Position numbers and translations under genes: made by a program. A stretch of DNA of 64,000 nucleotides, from IMG/VR virus record IMGVR_UViG_2912869438_000005, positions 62,001-126,000 of that record; one strand, written 5' to 3'. This DNA comes from an uncultured virus (IMG/VR IMGVR_UViG_2912869438_000005). Lineage: Duplodnaviria; Heunggongvirae; Uroviricota; Caudoviricetes. Below, one piece after another: positions 29,484 through 40,200 of the stretch (position 1 is its first letter; each line of letters starts with the position of its first letter). A model generated the notes under the pieces. It was not told the DNA's origin, did not search any database, and saw nothing but the letters and a program-made list of their open reading frames with translations.

Positions 29484-29883
29484 TATAACAAACTCCTTTA
29501 CAATTAAAATAAGAAGAACACCCTAAAATAAAGATTCACAGCCTTAGATATTTATACTCACCTTCCTTTATTGGTATATTCAGGTTATGTAAATTGTATC
29601 AATTAACGACAATAATATACAATAGGAAATTGTTAATTTAATGGAAAATGAATTTAAAATCCTTTAAATGAACAGGTTAAAAGTCCTGAATATCGGTTGT
29701 GATAAATCAATTAACGGTATATTTGAACGATTAAGGAGAGTTTGACTGTCCATTAAAGCAATAGGAGGTAAGAGAGATGATTAATGTCTTAGGAGAGTGA
29801 CTTATGGTTGTAAGAGTTGGAGGTCAAATTGGACTGCTTATAGGGACAGCTTAATTTTTGAATAAAAAATGTTGAAAAAACAA

Positions 29884-29912
29884 TAGACAAAAACTAATTA
29901 AAAGTATATAAT
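29884..29912 (+). promoter_or_regulatory. repeated sigma-A promoter with AATTAAAAG operator in spacer (copy 1)
   Basis: TAGACA-aaaactaattaaaagta-TATAAT. Confidence 0.85.
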
Positions 29913-29943
29913 CGAATCATACCGATAAGAAAGAGGTGATTAT

Positions 29944-30276
29944 ATGAAAATGCTGAAGGTGTCAGAAGACGCTCTAAATTATTACAGGGAGTGTGTCAAG
30001 GGGAACAAAAACATAAGTGAAGATCAGGCAAGAGCAAAGCTCACTCGGAATGTTAACTTAGTACAAGCTGAGGCTCCAGAGAGGGTATTGCGTAGCGGGC
30101 TCTTTTCTAAGGTTTACATGTATCATGACCTCCACATAACTGTTAGAAATGGAAAGGTGATTAAAGTCGTAAATCTTAAGAGACCGAGATTTTCAAAGAA
30201 AAGATACATAGAGTTATCAAAAGCTTTAGGAATTAAAGACATAAAGTATTACAGGAAGCATTGTGCAGCCAGATAA
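29944..30276 (+). CDS. hypothetical basic phage protein
   Basis: First ORF after the promoter; GAGGTG RBS. Confidence 0.75.
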   Translation: MKMLKVSEDALNYYRECVKGNKNISEDQARAKLTRNVNLVQAEAPERVLRSGLFSKVYMYHDLHITVRNGKVIKVVNLKRPRFSKKRYIELSKALGIKDIKYYRKHCAAR

Positions 30277-30359
30277 CATACATATGAGATCTAGAATAAT
30301 CATGCGTATATTAAATTAATTATACACTAATTAAAAGAATGAAAAGGGAGAGTCGTTGA

Positions 30360-31271
30360 ATGTCAGAAAAGCAAACAGTGTTACGTGAAGCAGAAAACAA
30401 AGTAGTTTTAGAGGGGTTACTTCTAGAAGTTCGTCACAATGAATGGAAAAGTGGAGAAGGACTAAATATTGAGCTGGATATCGAAACAGCTCCAAACGAG
30501 GTACATACTGTCACTGGAATGTCAAAGTATAAAAAAGAAGACGGCTCAGAAAATGGGATTGCTAAGGGTTATAAAACAATAATTAATGACTATAAGTCTG
30601 TAGCTACTCATGGTAAAGAAGAAGCTGACAAAGTTAGAATAACACAAGGGAAAATTGGACTGAATGAATATTATGTCCAAGACAATTTAAAGTCATACCC
30701 GCAATTGTCCACTAACTTTGTTAACCGCTTAAAATCAGATGAAGAATACAATCCGAGAGCAAAGTTTGAAGTTGAATTATTTGTAAAAGGGGTTAAAGAA
30801 GAAAAAGTGAAAGGGGAGGAAACGGGAAGAGTTCTATTGGAAGGATACATTCCTTTATATGGAGGAAAAATTATCCCCTTTACATTTGCGGTAACAAAAG
30901 AGGGTTCTGATTACGTAGAAAACAATTACGAAAAGGGGAACACCGTTAAAGTATTCGGGGATATCATTAATTTTAAAGAAGTGAAAGTGACCGTTCAAGA
31001 ATCAGCATTTGGAAAAGACAAAGAAAACATTACATATAACACAAGGCGTGAATTCTTAATTACAGGTGGCTTTGAACCATATGACGAAGACGATAAATCA
31101 GCCTTTGACGCAGAAGCAGTAACAGCAGCATTGACTGAGAGAGAGCTTAAGCTAGAGGAAATGAAGAATGACAGCAAGAAAAGCAATAAAAATGAGAAGA
31201 AAACTGGATTCGGAGGGAAAGCAGTCACAGGCTCTTCTAAATCGATCTCTAAAGATGATCTGCCATTTTAA
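30360..31271 (+). CDS. putative ssDNA-binding protein (YorF-like)
   Basis: Acidic DDLPF tail; head of the replication operon. Confidence 0.7.
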   Translation: MSEKQTVLREAENKVVLEGLLLEVRHNEWKSGEGLNIELDIETAPNEVHTVTGMSKYKKEDGSENGIAKGYKTIINDYKSVATHGKEEADKVRITQGKIGLNEYYVQDNLKSYPQLSTNFVNRLKSDEEYNPRAKFEVELFVKGVKEEKVKGEETGRVLLEGYIPLYGGKIIPFTFAVTKEGSDYVENNYEKGNTVKVFGDIINFKEVKVTVQESAFGKDKENITYNTRREFLITGGFEPYDEDDKSAFDAEAVTAALTERELKLEEMKNDSKKSNKNEKKTGFGGKAVTGSSKSISKDDLPF

Positions 31272-31318
31272 TAATTAATAATTATTAAGGTATCAATATA
31301 AAATAAATTAAAAGGAGA

Positions 31319-32296
31319 ATGTTGATGGTGCTAGACATTTTTACCCCTCAGATTTCTGTAGTAGCAAAAGGACTAGAAGGAAAAGTTATTACGATATATG
31401 GATCTAACAACTTAGGAAAAACAAAACAGAGTACCAGAATGAAAAAGCCACTCTATCTTCCATTTGAAAAAGGATTGAATGCAATTGCTGGAGTCCCTTT
31501 CATGCCGATTAATAGCTGGGGAGATTTCAAAAAAGTGAACAAGCAGCTCACAAAAAATCCCGAAAAGGCTAAAGAAGTTTATCAAACCATAATTGTTGAT
31601 GAAGTTGATGCTTTCTCCAAATATGCTACGAGATATGTATGTGACCAATATGATGTTGATCGAATTAAGGATGGGAATGATGGATTTGGTTTATGGAAAG
31701 AGTATGAAACCGAAATCTGGGAGGAAATTAACAAACTCTTAAATGTAGGATTCACTGTTGTCTTTATTGCCCACGCAACTGAAGATAAGGATGGGAAAAT
31801 CTTTCCTAAAGGGGATAAGCGAGTGCTCGCACCAGTAATCGATAATAGCGATATAGTCTTATTTCTTAGCTCAAATGGTGTGGATGAAAATAACAGGGTG
31901 ATTAAATCTAGTGCTTGGTTAGCTGAAACAAAGAAATTTTTTGCTCGAAGCCGTTTTGATTATATTGATACATACATTGAGGAGTTTACTGCTGAGAACC
32001 TTGAAAAGGCTGTTATCGAAGCAATTAAACGACAAGAAGAAGCAGAGGGGATTCAGGCCGTTACATATGAAGAACAGAAGCAAAAGAACTCATCAGAGAA
32101 ATTGGACTATGACCAATTAATGGAGCAGATAATCGAAATCGGCACAAAGCTAAGCGAAGAAGGCAGAATTGAGGAAGTAAATGAGGTAACCGAAAAGCAT
32201 CTCGGTCAAGGGGCGAGGGTAACAGAATGTACGAAAAAACAGACAGATGTAATGTCAGTTATTTTAGACGATCTTAAAGACCTTCTTGAAAATTAA
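31319..32296 (+). CDS. yorG: AAA ATPase (Sak4/YorG-like)
   Basis: YGSNNLGKT Walker A, IIVDEVD Walker B. Confidence 0.8.
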   Translation: MLMVLDIFTPQISVVAKGLEGKVITIYGSNNLGKTKQSTRMKKPLYLPFEKGLNAIAGVPFMPINSWGDFKKVNKQLTKNPEKAKEVYQTIIVDEVDAFSKYATRYVCDQYDVDRIKDGNDGFGLWKEYETEIWEEINKLLNVGFTVVFIAHATEDKDGKIFPKGDKRVLAPVIDNSDIVLFLSSNGVDENNRVIKSSAWLAETKKFFARSRFDYIDTYIEEFTAENLEKAVIEAIKRQEEAEGIQAVTYEEQKQKNSSEKLDYDQLMEQIIEIGTKLSEEGRIEEVNEVTEKHLGQGARVTECTKKQTDVMSVILDDLKDLLEN

Positions 32297-32342
32297 GGCG
32301 CGAGGGAGTTTATCTCCCTCATTATTTTAAAGAGGTGGGTAT

Positions 32343-32813
32343 ATGGCACGTCGAGTTAAATGTCCATACTGCGAAACTTATTTAGACAAAGATGATGCAA
32401 TCCCTTATAAAAAAAGATATTATCACCAGCATTGTTTTGATACCTGGAAGATGGAAGCAGAACATCGGAAAGAGTTAATTAAATACATATGTGAACTATA
32501 TAAGATTGATGCACCAACTGGAATGATGTTAAAACAGATTAAAGAATTCCAGGAAGAATACAAATACAAATTAAAAGGTATAGAGTTAGCTTTAAGGCAC
32601 TTTCATGAAACGCTGGGGAATCCTGTCCGTGAAGGAGATGGATTGGGAATAGTCCCATTCATTTATGAAGAAGCAAAAGCGGACTATCTTCAGAAAAAGG
32701 CGATTAAAGAATCAGTTGAAAAAGCAAAAAAACATAAACCAAAAGAAAGAATTGTTGTAATAAAAAAACAAAATAGAAAAAATATAAAGATTGTTGATAT
32801 ATCTACTTTGTAG
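32343..32813 (+). CDS. Zn-finger replication protein (YorH-like)
   Basis: CPYC...HQHC; directly upstream of the helicase. Confidence 0.7.
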   Translation: MARRVKCPYCETYLDKDDAIPYKKRYYHQHCFDTWKMEAEHRKELIKYICELYKIDAPTGMMLKQIKEFQEEYKYKLKGIELALRHFHETLGNPVREGDGLGIVPFIYEEAKADYLQKKAIKESVEKAKKHKPKERIVVIKKQNRKNIKIVDISTL

Positions 32814-32827
32814 AAAGGGGAGTTCAA

Positions 32828-34342
32828 TTGCTACAAGATAAGAAAGCAATTATTCAAGTGTTAGGCTGTATATTAAAGGAGCCCTCTCTTTTATCAGACA
32901 GCAACAAATATCAAATTACAGCAAACGATTTCCCTGAACGCTTTCATTCAATTCTTTTTTTTGCGATGTATAATTTATTTCACCAGGGAACAGAAGTTAT
33001 TAATGAAATTGAAATTGATGGCTATCTTAGAGATTTCGATATACAATACAAAATTTTCAATGAAAACAACGGACATGATTATGTCGAGCAAATTCAAAAG
33101 TTAGCTGTAGTTGAAAACTTTGATTATTATTACACAAGGCTGAAAAAATTTAGCCTTTTGAGAGAGATGGTCGGCTTAGGCTTTAATATTGATGAAATAT
33201 ACGATGAGTCCATAATTGATCCCAAAGAACAAGAAGTCATGAAAGAGAAATTCGACAAAACATCTATCGAAGACATTCTTTCCTTTTATGAAATGAAAAT
33301 TGTTGATATTAAAGAGAAGTTTAGCACAAACCCTGAAAGCATTGGAATTCAAGGTGGAGAGGGAGTAGACGAGCTACTCAAACGACTTGAAGATTCACCG
33401 GACATTGGAGTTCCTATGAACAGTGAGATGTTAACATCTATTTTCCGCGGTTCTAGGAAAAAGAAATTTTATTTAAGGTCAAGTATGACTGGTGGAGGAA
33501 AAACCCGTAATATGGTAGCTGATGCTTGCAGGCTTAGTGCAACTGAATTATATGATCTAAAGCAGAATAAATGGGTTAAAAACGATTTTCAAGAAAAGTC
33601 GGTAGTTATTTCTACTGAAATGATTTCTGAAGAACTGCAAAGTTTAGCTTTGGCATATATCAGTGGAGTTGAAGAAAAAAAAATACTCAGAAACACCACA
33701 ACAGAAGATGAAAAAACGCGAGTGAAAAAAGCTGCAAAGGTGTTAAAAGAGTCGCCTATTTGGTTTGAGCATTTACCAGATTTCAATATTAAAGAGATAG
33801 AGAGAACAATTGAAAAAAACGTAATCAGAAATGAAGTCGAATACGTTTATTTTGATTATATTCATTCCTCTGTAACGATTTTTGCTGAAATGAGTAAGAA
33901 AAGCGGGGTTAATTTAAGAGAAGATCAAATATTATTGCTTATGTCGGATAAGCTTAAGGGACTTTGTAACAAGTACGACATCTATATGATGAGCGCAACA
34001 CAATTAAATGGTGATTGGAAAGATGCATGGCTAAGAGGGCTTCAAATTGATGCTTCATACTTAAGAGGGAGTAAAGCGATTGCGGATAAAACTGATGCTG
34101 CAATGATTGTATTGCCATTAAGTAAAAAAGAAAAAGATGCAATTGGCGCCATCTTGGAATCTGGCTTCTATCCGGAGCCTAACTTCGTTACTCATGTATT
34201 TAAAAACAGAGGGAATGAACACGATAAAGTCAAAGTCTTTTCACATATTAATATGGGTACCATGAGAATAAAAGATTGCTTTATCACAGATGTGGACAAT
34301 AAATTGATCCAAATCGAAAAGTTAATTATAAAAGCAGGGTAG
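32828..34342 (+). CDS. yorI: DnaB-like replicative helicase (YorI-like)
   Basis: SMTGGGKTR, ISTEM, YFDYIH, SATQLN, KNRG. Confidence 0.9.
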   Translation: MLQDKKAIIQVLGCILKEPSLLSDSNKYQITANDFPERFHSILFFAMYNLFHQGTEVINEIEIDGYLRDFDIQYKIFNENNGHDYVEQIQKLAVVENFDYYYTRLKKFSLLREMVGLGFNIDEIYDESIIDPKEQEVMKEKFDKTSIEDILSFYEMKIVDIKEKFSTNPESIGIQGGEGVDELLKRLEDSPDIGVPMNSEMLTSIFRGSRKKKFYLRSSMTGGGKTRNMVADACRLSATELYDLKQNKWVKNDFQEKSVVISTEMISEELQSLALAYISGVEEKKILRNTTTEDEKTRVKKAAKVLKESPIWFEHLPDFNIKEIERTIEKNVIRNEVEYVYFDYIHSSVTIFAEMSKKSGVNLREDQILLLMSDKLKGLCNKYDIYMMSATQLNGDWKDAWLRGLQIDASYLRGSKAIADKTDAAMIVLPLSKKEKDAIGAILESGFYPEPNFVTHVFKNRGNEHDKVKVFSHINMGTMRIKDCFITDVDNKLIQIEKLIIKAG

Positions 34343-34358
34343 TGGGGTGTAAAGCCCT

Positions 34359-35492
34359 TTGAGGTATGACAAAGATAAATTAAAAGAAAGTTTATCAATT
34401 GAAGACGTGCATAAGGTTTTGTATGAACTTGGCAGTGAGACATATAAAATAGATAGCAGCGGAAATCCAATCTACAGAACAGTCTGCCACAATAAGACAA
34501 AGGGGAGTTTTAAGCTTTATTACTACCATGAAAAACAGCAGTTTCACTGTTATACAGAATGTGGGGACACTTTTGATATTTATGAGCTGGTAATCAGGGC
34601 TAAAAAGCAGCAAGGGATTACTTTCACATTTACACAAGCGATTGAATTTGTGGTTAATGTGTCAGGCAAAACTTTTGGACTGGTTTTTACGTCTTCAGCT
34701 AAAAATGAACATATTGTTGACGATTGGGATTGGATTTCCAAATTCAAAAAACGAAATAAAATTGAAACAAGGCTACCAGCATACAGTGAAACTGTCCTGG
34801 ATGTTTTTATGAAATATCCCCATGAGGCCTGGCTTAATGAAGGGATTAGCAATGAAACCATTACGGATTTCGAAATCGGGTACTATTTTCGAAATCGAGA
34901 GGAAGGAATTGTAATTCCTCATAGAGATATCGATGGAAGGCTAATCGGCATAAGAAGACGCTCAATGATCCAAGAAGACATGGACAATGGACGAAAATAT
35001 ATGCCCTTAACCGTTGGGAATATGATGTACAATCATCAAACAGTAATGAACCTGTATGGATTACATAAAACACAAAAAGCAATTAAACGCTTGAAAAAAG
35101 CAATGATTTTCGAATCGGAAAAATCAGTTTTAAAATGTCAAGATTTCTATGGGGATTTGAATTTTACCTGCGCTGTTTGTTCAAACAATATTTCAAACTT
35201 CCATAGAGACATTCTTCTTTCGTTAGACGTAGACGAAGTGTTTATTGCCTTAGATAAATTTAGAGGGATTAAGGAAGGAGAAAGCAACGAAAAGTACAAA
35301 GAAAAGTTAAAAAACTATGAAGAAAAAATTTTGAAATTAGCAGCAAAATTTACGCCATTTATGCGTGTATATGTTCTCTGGGATACAAAAGGGTTACTTG
35401 ATTATAAAGACAGCCCAGCCGACAAAGGGAAGGAAGTTCTTGAGGAGTTGATGAGTAATAAAATTGAAATTGGAACAAGAGAAGGTGAATAG
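34359..35492 (+). CDS. yorJ: DNA primase (YorJ-like)
   Basis: Zn motif CHN...HCYTECG, IPHRD, FESEKS, ALD TOPRIM, KDSPAD. Confidence 0.87.
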   Translation: MRYDKDKLKESLSIEDVHKVLYELGSETYKIDSSGNPIYRTVCHNKTKGSFKLYYYHEKQQFHCYTECGDTFDIYELVIRAKKQQGITFTFTQAIEFVVNVSGKTFGLVFTSSAKNEHIVDDWDWISKFKKRNKIETRLPAYSETVLDVFMKYPHEAWLNEGISNETITDFEIGYYFRNREEGIVIPHRDIDGRLIGIRRRSMIQEDMDNGRKYMPLTVGNMMYNHQTVMNLYGLHKTQKAIKRLKKAMIFESEKSVLKCQDFYGDLNFTCAVCSNNISNFHRDILLSLDVDEVFIALDKFRGIKEGESNEKYKEKLKNYEEKILKLAAKFTPFMRVYVLWDTKGLLDYKDSPADKGKEVLEELMSNKIEIGTREGE

Positions 35493-35495
35493 TTT

Positions 35496-37217
35496 TTGAA
35501 ATATAAATTAATTGGCAATAATGATTTTTGTTTTTCTCCTCTAAAAACCATACTTAAGAACAGAGGAATTGAAGATATAGAAGGTTTTTTAAGTTTATCT
35601 GAGGACGCAGTAAATCATTATTCTAACCTTATTAATATTGATGAAGCAGCAGAATGTTTAATAAAGCATCTCAGAAAAAAGGCTAGAATTTTTATTCAGG
35701 TAGACAGTGACGTTGATGGAGTTACTTCAAGCTCAATTATTATTAACTACATAAAGAGAGTGTTCCCTGAGGCCAATATTGAATGGAGAATGCATGAAGG
35801 GAAGCAACACGGGATAATTTTAGAAACTATACCTGAAGGCGTGGATCTTGTCATAATACCCGATGCAGGCTCTAATCAATTTGAAGAACATCTTGTCCTT
35901 AGACAAAAAGGGATCGATGTAATAGTAATTGATCACCACGAGTGTGATAAGGAGTCCCAAAATGCAATTGTGGTAAATAATCAGCTCTCACCGAAGTATA
36001 AAAATAAAGCTTTGACTGGTGCGGGTATGGCATATAAGCTCTGCCAAGCTTTAGATGATAAACTCGGAAAAAATGAAGCAAAACGATTTATAGATCTTGT
36101 GTCTGTCGGGAACATTGCGGATTCGGCAGATTCAAGAGAGCCGGAGACGCGATACTACATGAATCAAGGTCTCAAAAAGGTAAGAAATCCTTTGATTAAA
36201 GAGCTTTTCATAAAACAAGCGTACTCAACCAAAGGGAAAAAGAACATACAGAACACACAGTTCTATATCAACCCACTAATTAATGCAGCAATTCGTATAG
36301 GCTCCCAAGATGAGAAAGATCAGATGATGAGATCGCTGCTCGAATCTAATGAAGAGATATATTACAAAAAACGTGGAAAAGATGAGGGTGAACTGGTATC
36401 GATTCATTGGGATACAGCTAGAGTATTGGGGAATATTAAACAGCGCCAAAAGAAAATGGTTGACAGTGCGGTATTGGAAATCGAGAAGCGGATTGAAGAA
36501 AAAGGACTGTTAAAAAATAAGATTTTAATAGTTTATATTGAAGGAATTTTAAACAAGAACTTAACAGGGCTTGTTGCGAATCAGTTAGCAGCTGAATACA
36601 AAAGACCAGTTTTATTGGCTAGGGAACTTGAAGATAGAACTCTAGGAGGATCAGGAAGGGGATACGACAAAGGGGCAGTTAAAAATTTCAAGCAGCTCTT
36701 AGAGGAAACAGGTAAATTCGAGTTTGTCGAAGGACATGCTGAAGCATTTGGATTCAGCATAACACCAGAAAATTTAATTCAGGTCAATGATATTCTTAAT
36801 CACAAATTGAAAGATATTGTGATTAATCAAAATGAGTATGAGGTTGATTTTGAGATTGCTGCGGACAACCTCACTGAACGATTTATTAAGCTAATCAATA
36901 GTTACCAAGACTATTGGGGATACAAAGTAGAGGAACCGTTGCTCGCTATTACTGATATTGAAATAAACAAAGAAGATATCAGTCATATTGGGAAAAAAAC
37001 AAAGAATACTGTAAAGTTCAAGGTTGGCGGAATTGAATACATGAAATTTAAAAGTGATGAGGAATTCTATGAATCTCTCATCAATAGAGGAGATCGATTG
37101 GTACTTACTGTAATCGGAAGAGCTAAAGTAAATGAATATAAGGGTAAAGAAACACCTCAGATCGAAATCGAAGAGATGGAGGTGGTGAAAGCAAAGAAAA
37201 AAGTGCTTGTTTTTTAA
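35496..37217 (+). CDS. yorK: RecJ-like ssDNA exonuclease (YorK-like)
   Basis: DSDVDG, IDHH, GSGRG, GHAEAFG. Confidence 0.92.
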   Translation: MKYKLIGNNDFCFSPLKTILKNRGIEDIEGFLSLSEDAVNHYSNLINIDEAAECLIKHLRKKARIFIQVDSDVDGVTSSSIIINYIKRVFPEANIEWRMHEGKQHGIILETIPEGVDLVIIPDAGSNQFEEHLVLRQKGIDVIVIDHHECDKESQNAIVVNNQLSPKYKNKALTGAGMAYKLCQALDDKLGKNEAKRFIDLVSVGNIADSADSREPETRYYMNQGLKKVRNPLIKELFIKQAYSTKGKKNIQNTQFYINPLINAAIRIGSQDEKDQMMRSLLESNEEIYYKKRGKDEGELVSIHWDTARVLGNIKQRQKKMVDSAVLEIEKRIEEKGLLKNKILIVYIEGILNKNLTGLVANQLAAEYKRPVLLARELEDRTLGGSGRGYDKGAVKNFKQLLEETGKFEFVEGHAEAFGFSITPENLIQVNDILNHKLKDIVINQNEYEVDFEIAADNLTERFIKLINSYQDYWGYKVEEPLLAITDIEINKEDISHIGKKTKNTVKFKVGGIEYMKFKSDEEFYESLINRGDRLVLTVIGRAKVNEYKGKETPQIEIEEMEVVKAKKKVLVF

Positions 37218-40200
37218 ATGGGAGGGAATGCTGTGATTGGATGTCATTGTCATACGTGTAAAAGCAACATCAGGCTGCTGGATTCCACCAATTCAGTAAA
37301 AGGGTTGCTTGAAACAGCGTTAGAAATGAATTATAAAGGACTAGCTATAACAGATCATGAAGTTCTGTCAGCGCATCTGGAAGCAATTCAGACTGTCCGA
37401 AGCATGAAAAAAGAGGGGGAAATGCCTCAAGATTTTAAGCTTATCCTTGGCAATGAAGCATATCTGGTTGATTCTTTAGAAGAAGTAAGAGACAACTACC
37501 AGCCTGGTAAAACAAAATTTCCTCACTTCTTAATGCTGGCTGTTGATGAAAAAGGACATGAACAGCTAAGGATTTTATCATCTAAAGCATGGGAAAATTC
37601 TTTCTACACTGGAACTATGGAAAGAGTACCTACAGTGAAAAAAGACGTGGAAGATCTTCTCAAGAAAGATCCTGGCCACATTATTGCAACCACGGCATGT
37701 CTAGGGTCGGAAGTGAATATTTACTTACAGAAGATCATGGAAGTTGAAAAGAACGATGGAGATCCTGAACTAATTAAAGAATACAAATTAAAAATACATC
37801 AGTTTATTACTTGGTGTATTGATGTATTTGGGAAAGATAAATTTTTTATTGAGTTGCAACCTGCTTTGAGTGAGGAGCAGATTTATTGTAATAAAAAGTT
37901 GGTTCAGATAGCGGATGGCTATGGCTTAAAAAGAATAGTAACCACTGATGCTCACTATTTAAGACCCGAAGACAGAGCAATACACCAAGCATTCTTGAAT
38001 GCCAAAGACGGGGAAAGAGAAGTTGACTCATTTTATGAAGCTTGTTTTGTGCAAAATGTAGATGAGATCCATGAAAGAATGAATTATATCGATAAAGAGA
38101 TTGTTGAAGAAGCAATTCAAAACACTCTTTTAATTGGTGAAATGATTGAAGATTATACGATTGAGCATGAGCCCATTATTCCTAAAATGGAACTGCCAAA
38201 CTTCAAATTGAGGCATTTGTTTAAACCAGCCTACGATAAGTATGAATACATAAGAAAAATGTCGGAGTCAAAGGATGACCAAGACAGGTATTTATTAAAG
38301 CTTATTGAAGACGGGTTTGAAAATAAACTTCTAAAAAATGATCTAACAAGAGATGAATTTCATAAAATTCTATCCAGAATTAATGTTGAATTGGGTGAGT
38401 TATGGGAGATCAGTCAAAAGCTAAATCAATCGATGGCATCTTACTATGTAACTGTAAGGGAAATCATTAATATTATTTGGGATGATGAATGTGGAGGAGA
38501 CAGTTTAGTTGGAGCCGCAAGAGGAAGTGCAGCAGGATTCTTAATCAATTACTTGCTTGATAATACACAGATTAATCCAATGCAATACGACTTGCCGCAT
38601 TGGAGACATATTCATAAATCGAGGCCGGATCTTCCGGATATTGACATAGACACTGAAGGATCAAAAAGAGAAAAGATACTCAAAGCACTTCGCGAAAGAT
38701 TTGGAGAAAAACGTGTTCTGCAGATAGCTACATTTGGGACAGAAGGATCTAAATCGGCACTTCAAACTGCGTGTAGGGGATTGGGAATAGATAATGACAT
38801 ATCACAATTTCTAAGTGAAATGATTCCATTTGAAAGGGGATCAAACTGGCCTCTCAAACACTGTTTTTATGGAGACGCGGAAACAGGTAGAAAGCCAATT
38901 AAAGAATTTATTAGGGAAGTTGAGCGCTATCCCAATCTTAAAGAAACTGCTTTAAAAATCGAAGGACTAACCAATAAACGCTCATCACATGCTGCTGGGG
39001 TAATTATTTTTAATGATAAGTATACAAAGTCTAATGCAATGATGAAGACTCCTAATGGGGCATATATTACCCAATTCAATATGGGTGACAGTGAAGCAAT
39101 GGGATCTGTAAAATTTGATCTTCTTACGATTGAAGCATTAGATAAGATCCGTGTAACTCTTGATCAATTGATCGAAAACGAAGAAATTCAATGGCAGGGC
39201 TCTTTAAAAGAGACGTATAACAAATACATTCATCCTGATGTGCTTGAGTATGAAGACGCAAGGTTATGGGAAATGGCCGGGAATGGAGAAATAATGGATT
39301 TGTTTCAGTTTTCAACGGAGGTCGGCCATCAAGCAGTAATAAAAGTTCAACCTAAAAATTTGCTTGAAGCTGCTGTTACAAATTCTTTAATGAGACTCAT
39401 GTCAGATGGCGAAGAGCAACCCGTAGACACTTATGTGAAATATAAAAACAATTTGTCACTGTGGTACGAGGAAATGCGTAAATACGGCCTAAGTGATGAT
39501 GCAATAAAGGTAGTTGAGAAGCATTTAAAAGACATCTATGGGGTTGCTGACACGCAAGAAGTTGTCATGCAAATGGTAATGGATAAAGAAATAGCAGGGT
39601 TCGATATTAAGGAATCAAACTATTTAAGAAAATCCATAGCTAAGAAAAAAGAGGACGTATTAAAAGAGGTTCAGAAATTATTCTTCAAAAAGGGGAAGGA
39701 AATTGGAGCGTCAGATAACCTTTTGAATTATGTATGGAATGTTCAATTTAAAAGACAGTTTGGGTTAAATGATAGCCCGTATGTGGTGAACCTGTAAAAG
39801 CAGGGTGTGTCCTCTTCTAAGGATGCTAACGGTGGAACTCTAAGGGAGGAATCCTATGACAATACCGTGCCAAGCCTAGGTTACTAGGAAGGTGTAACGA
39901 CTATCCCATTTGGGAGTAGTTAGTAGGTGAAATCCCTACTTACGAAGCGCCACACATCTACGCTTAAGGAGGTGATAAAGATGGAAGAATGGAAAAGAAT
40001 TTATATAAATGGGACAGAAACAGTTTATGAAATATCAAACACTGGCAGATGCAGAAACATAACAAAAAAATCATGGAAAACAAAGGGGGTTTTAAGGCCG
40101 AGAGTAAACAATAAAAGTGGATATGTTCAATACTGTATTGTTCATCAAAGTAAGAAATATTATATGTATGCACATAGATTAGTTGCAACGTACTTCCTCG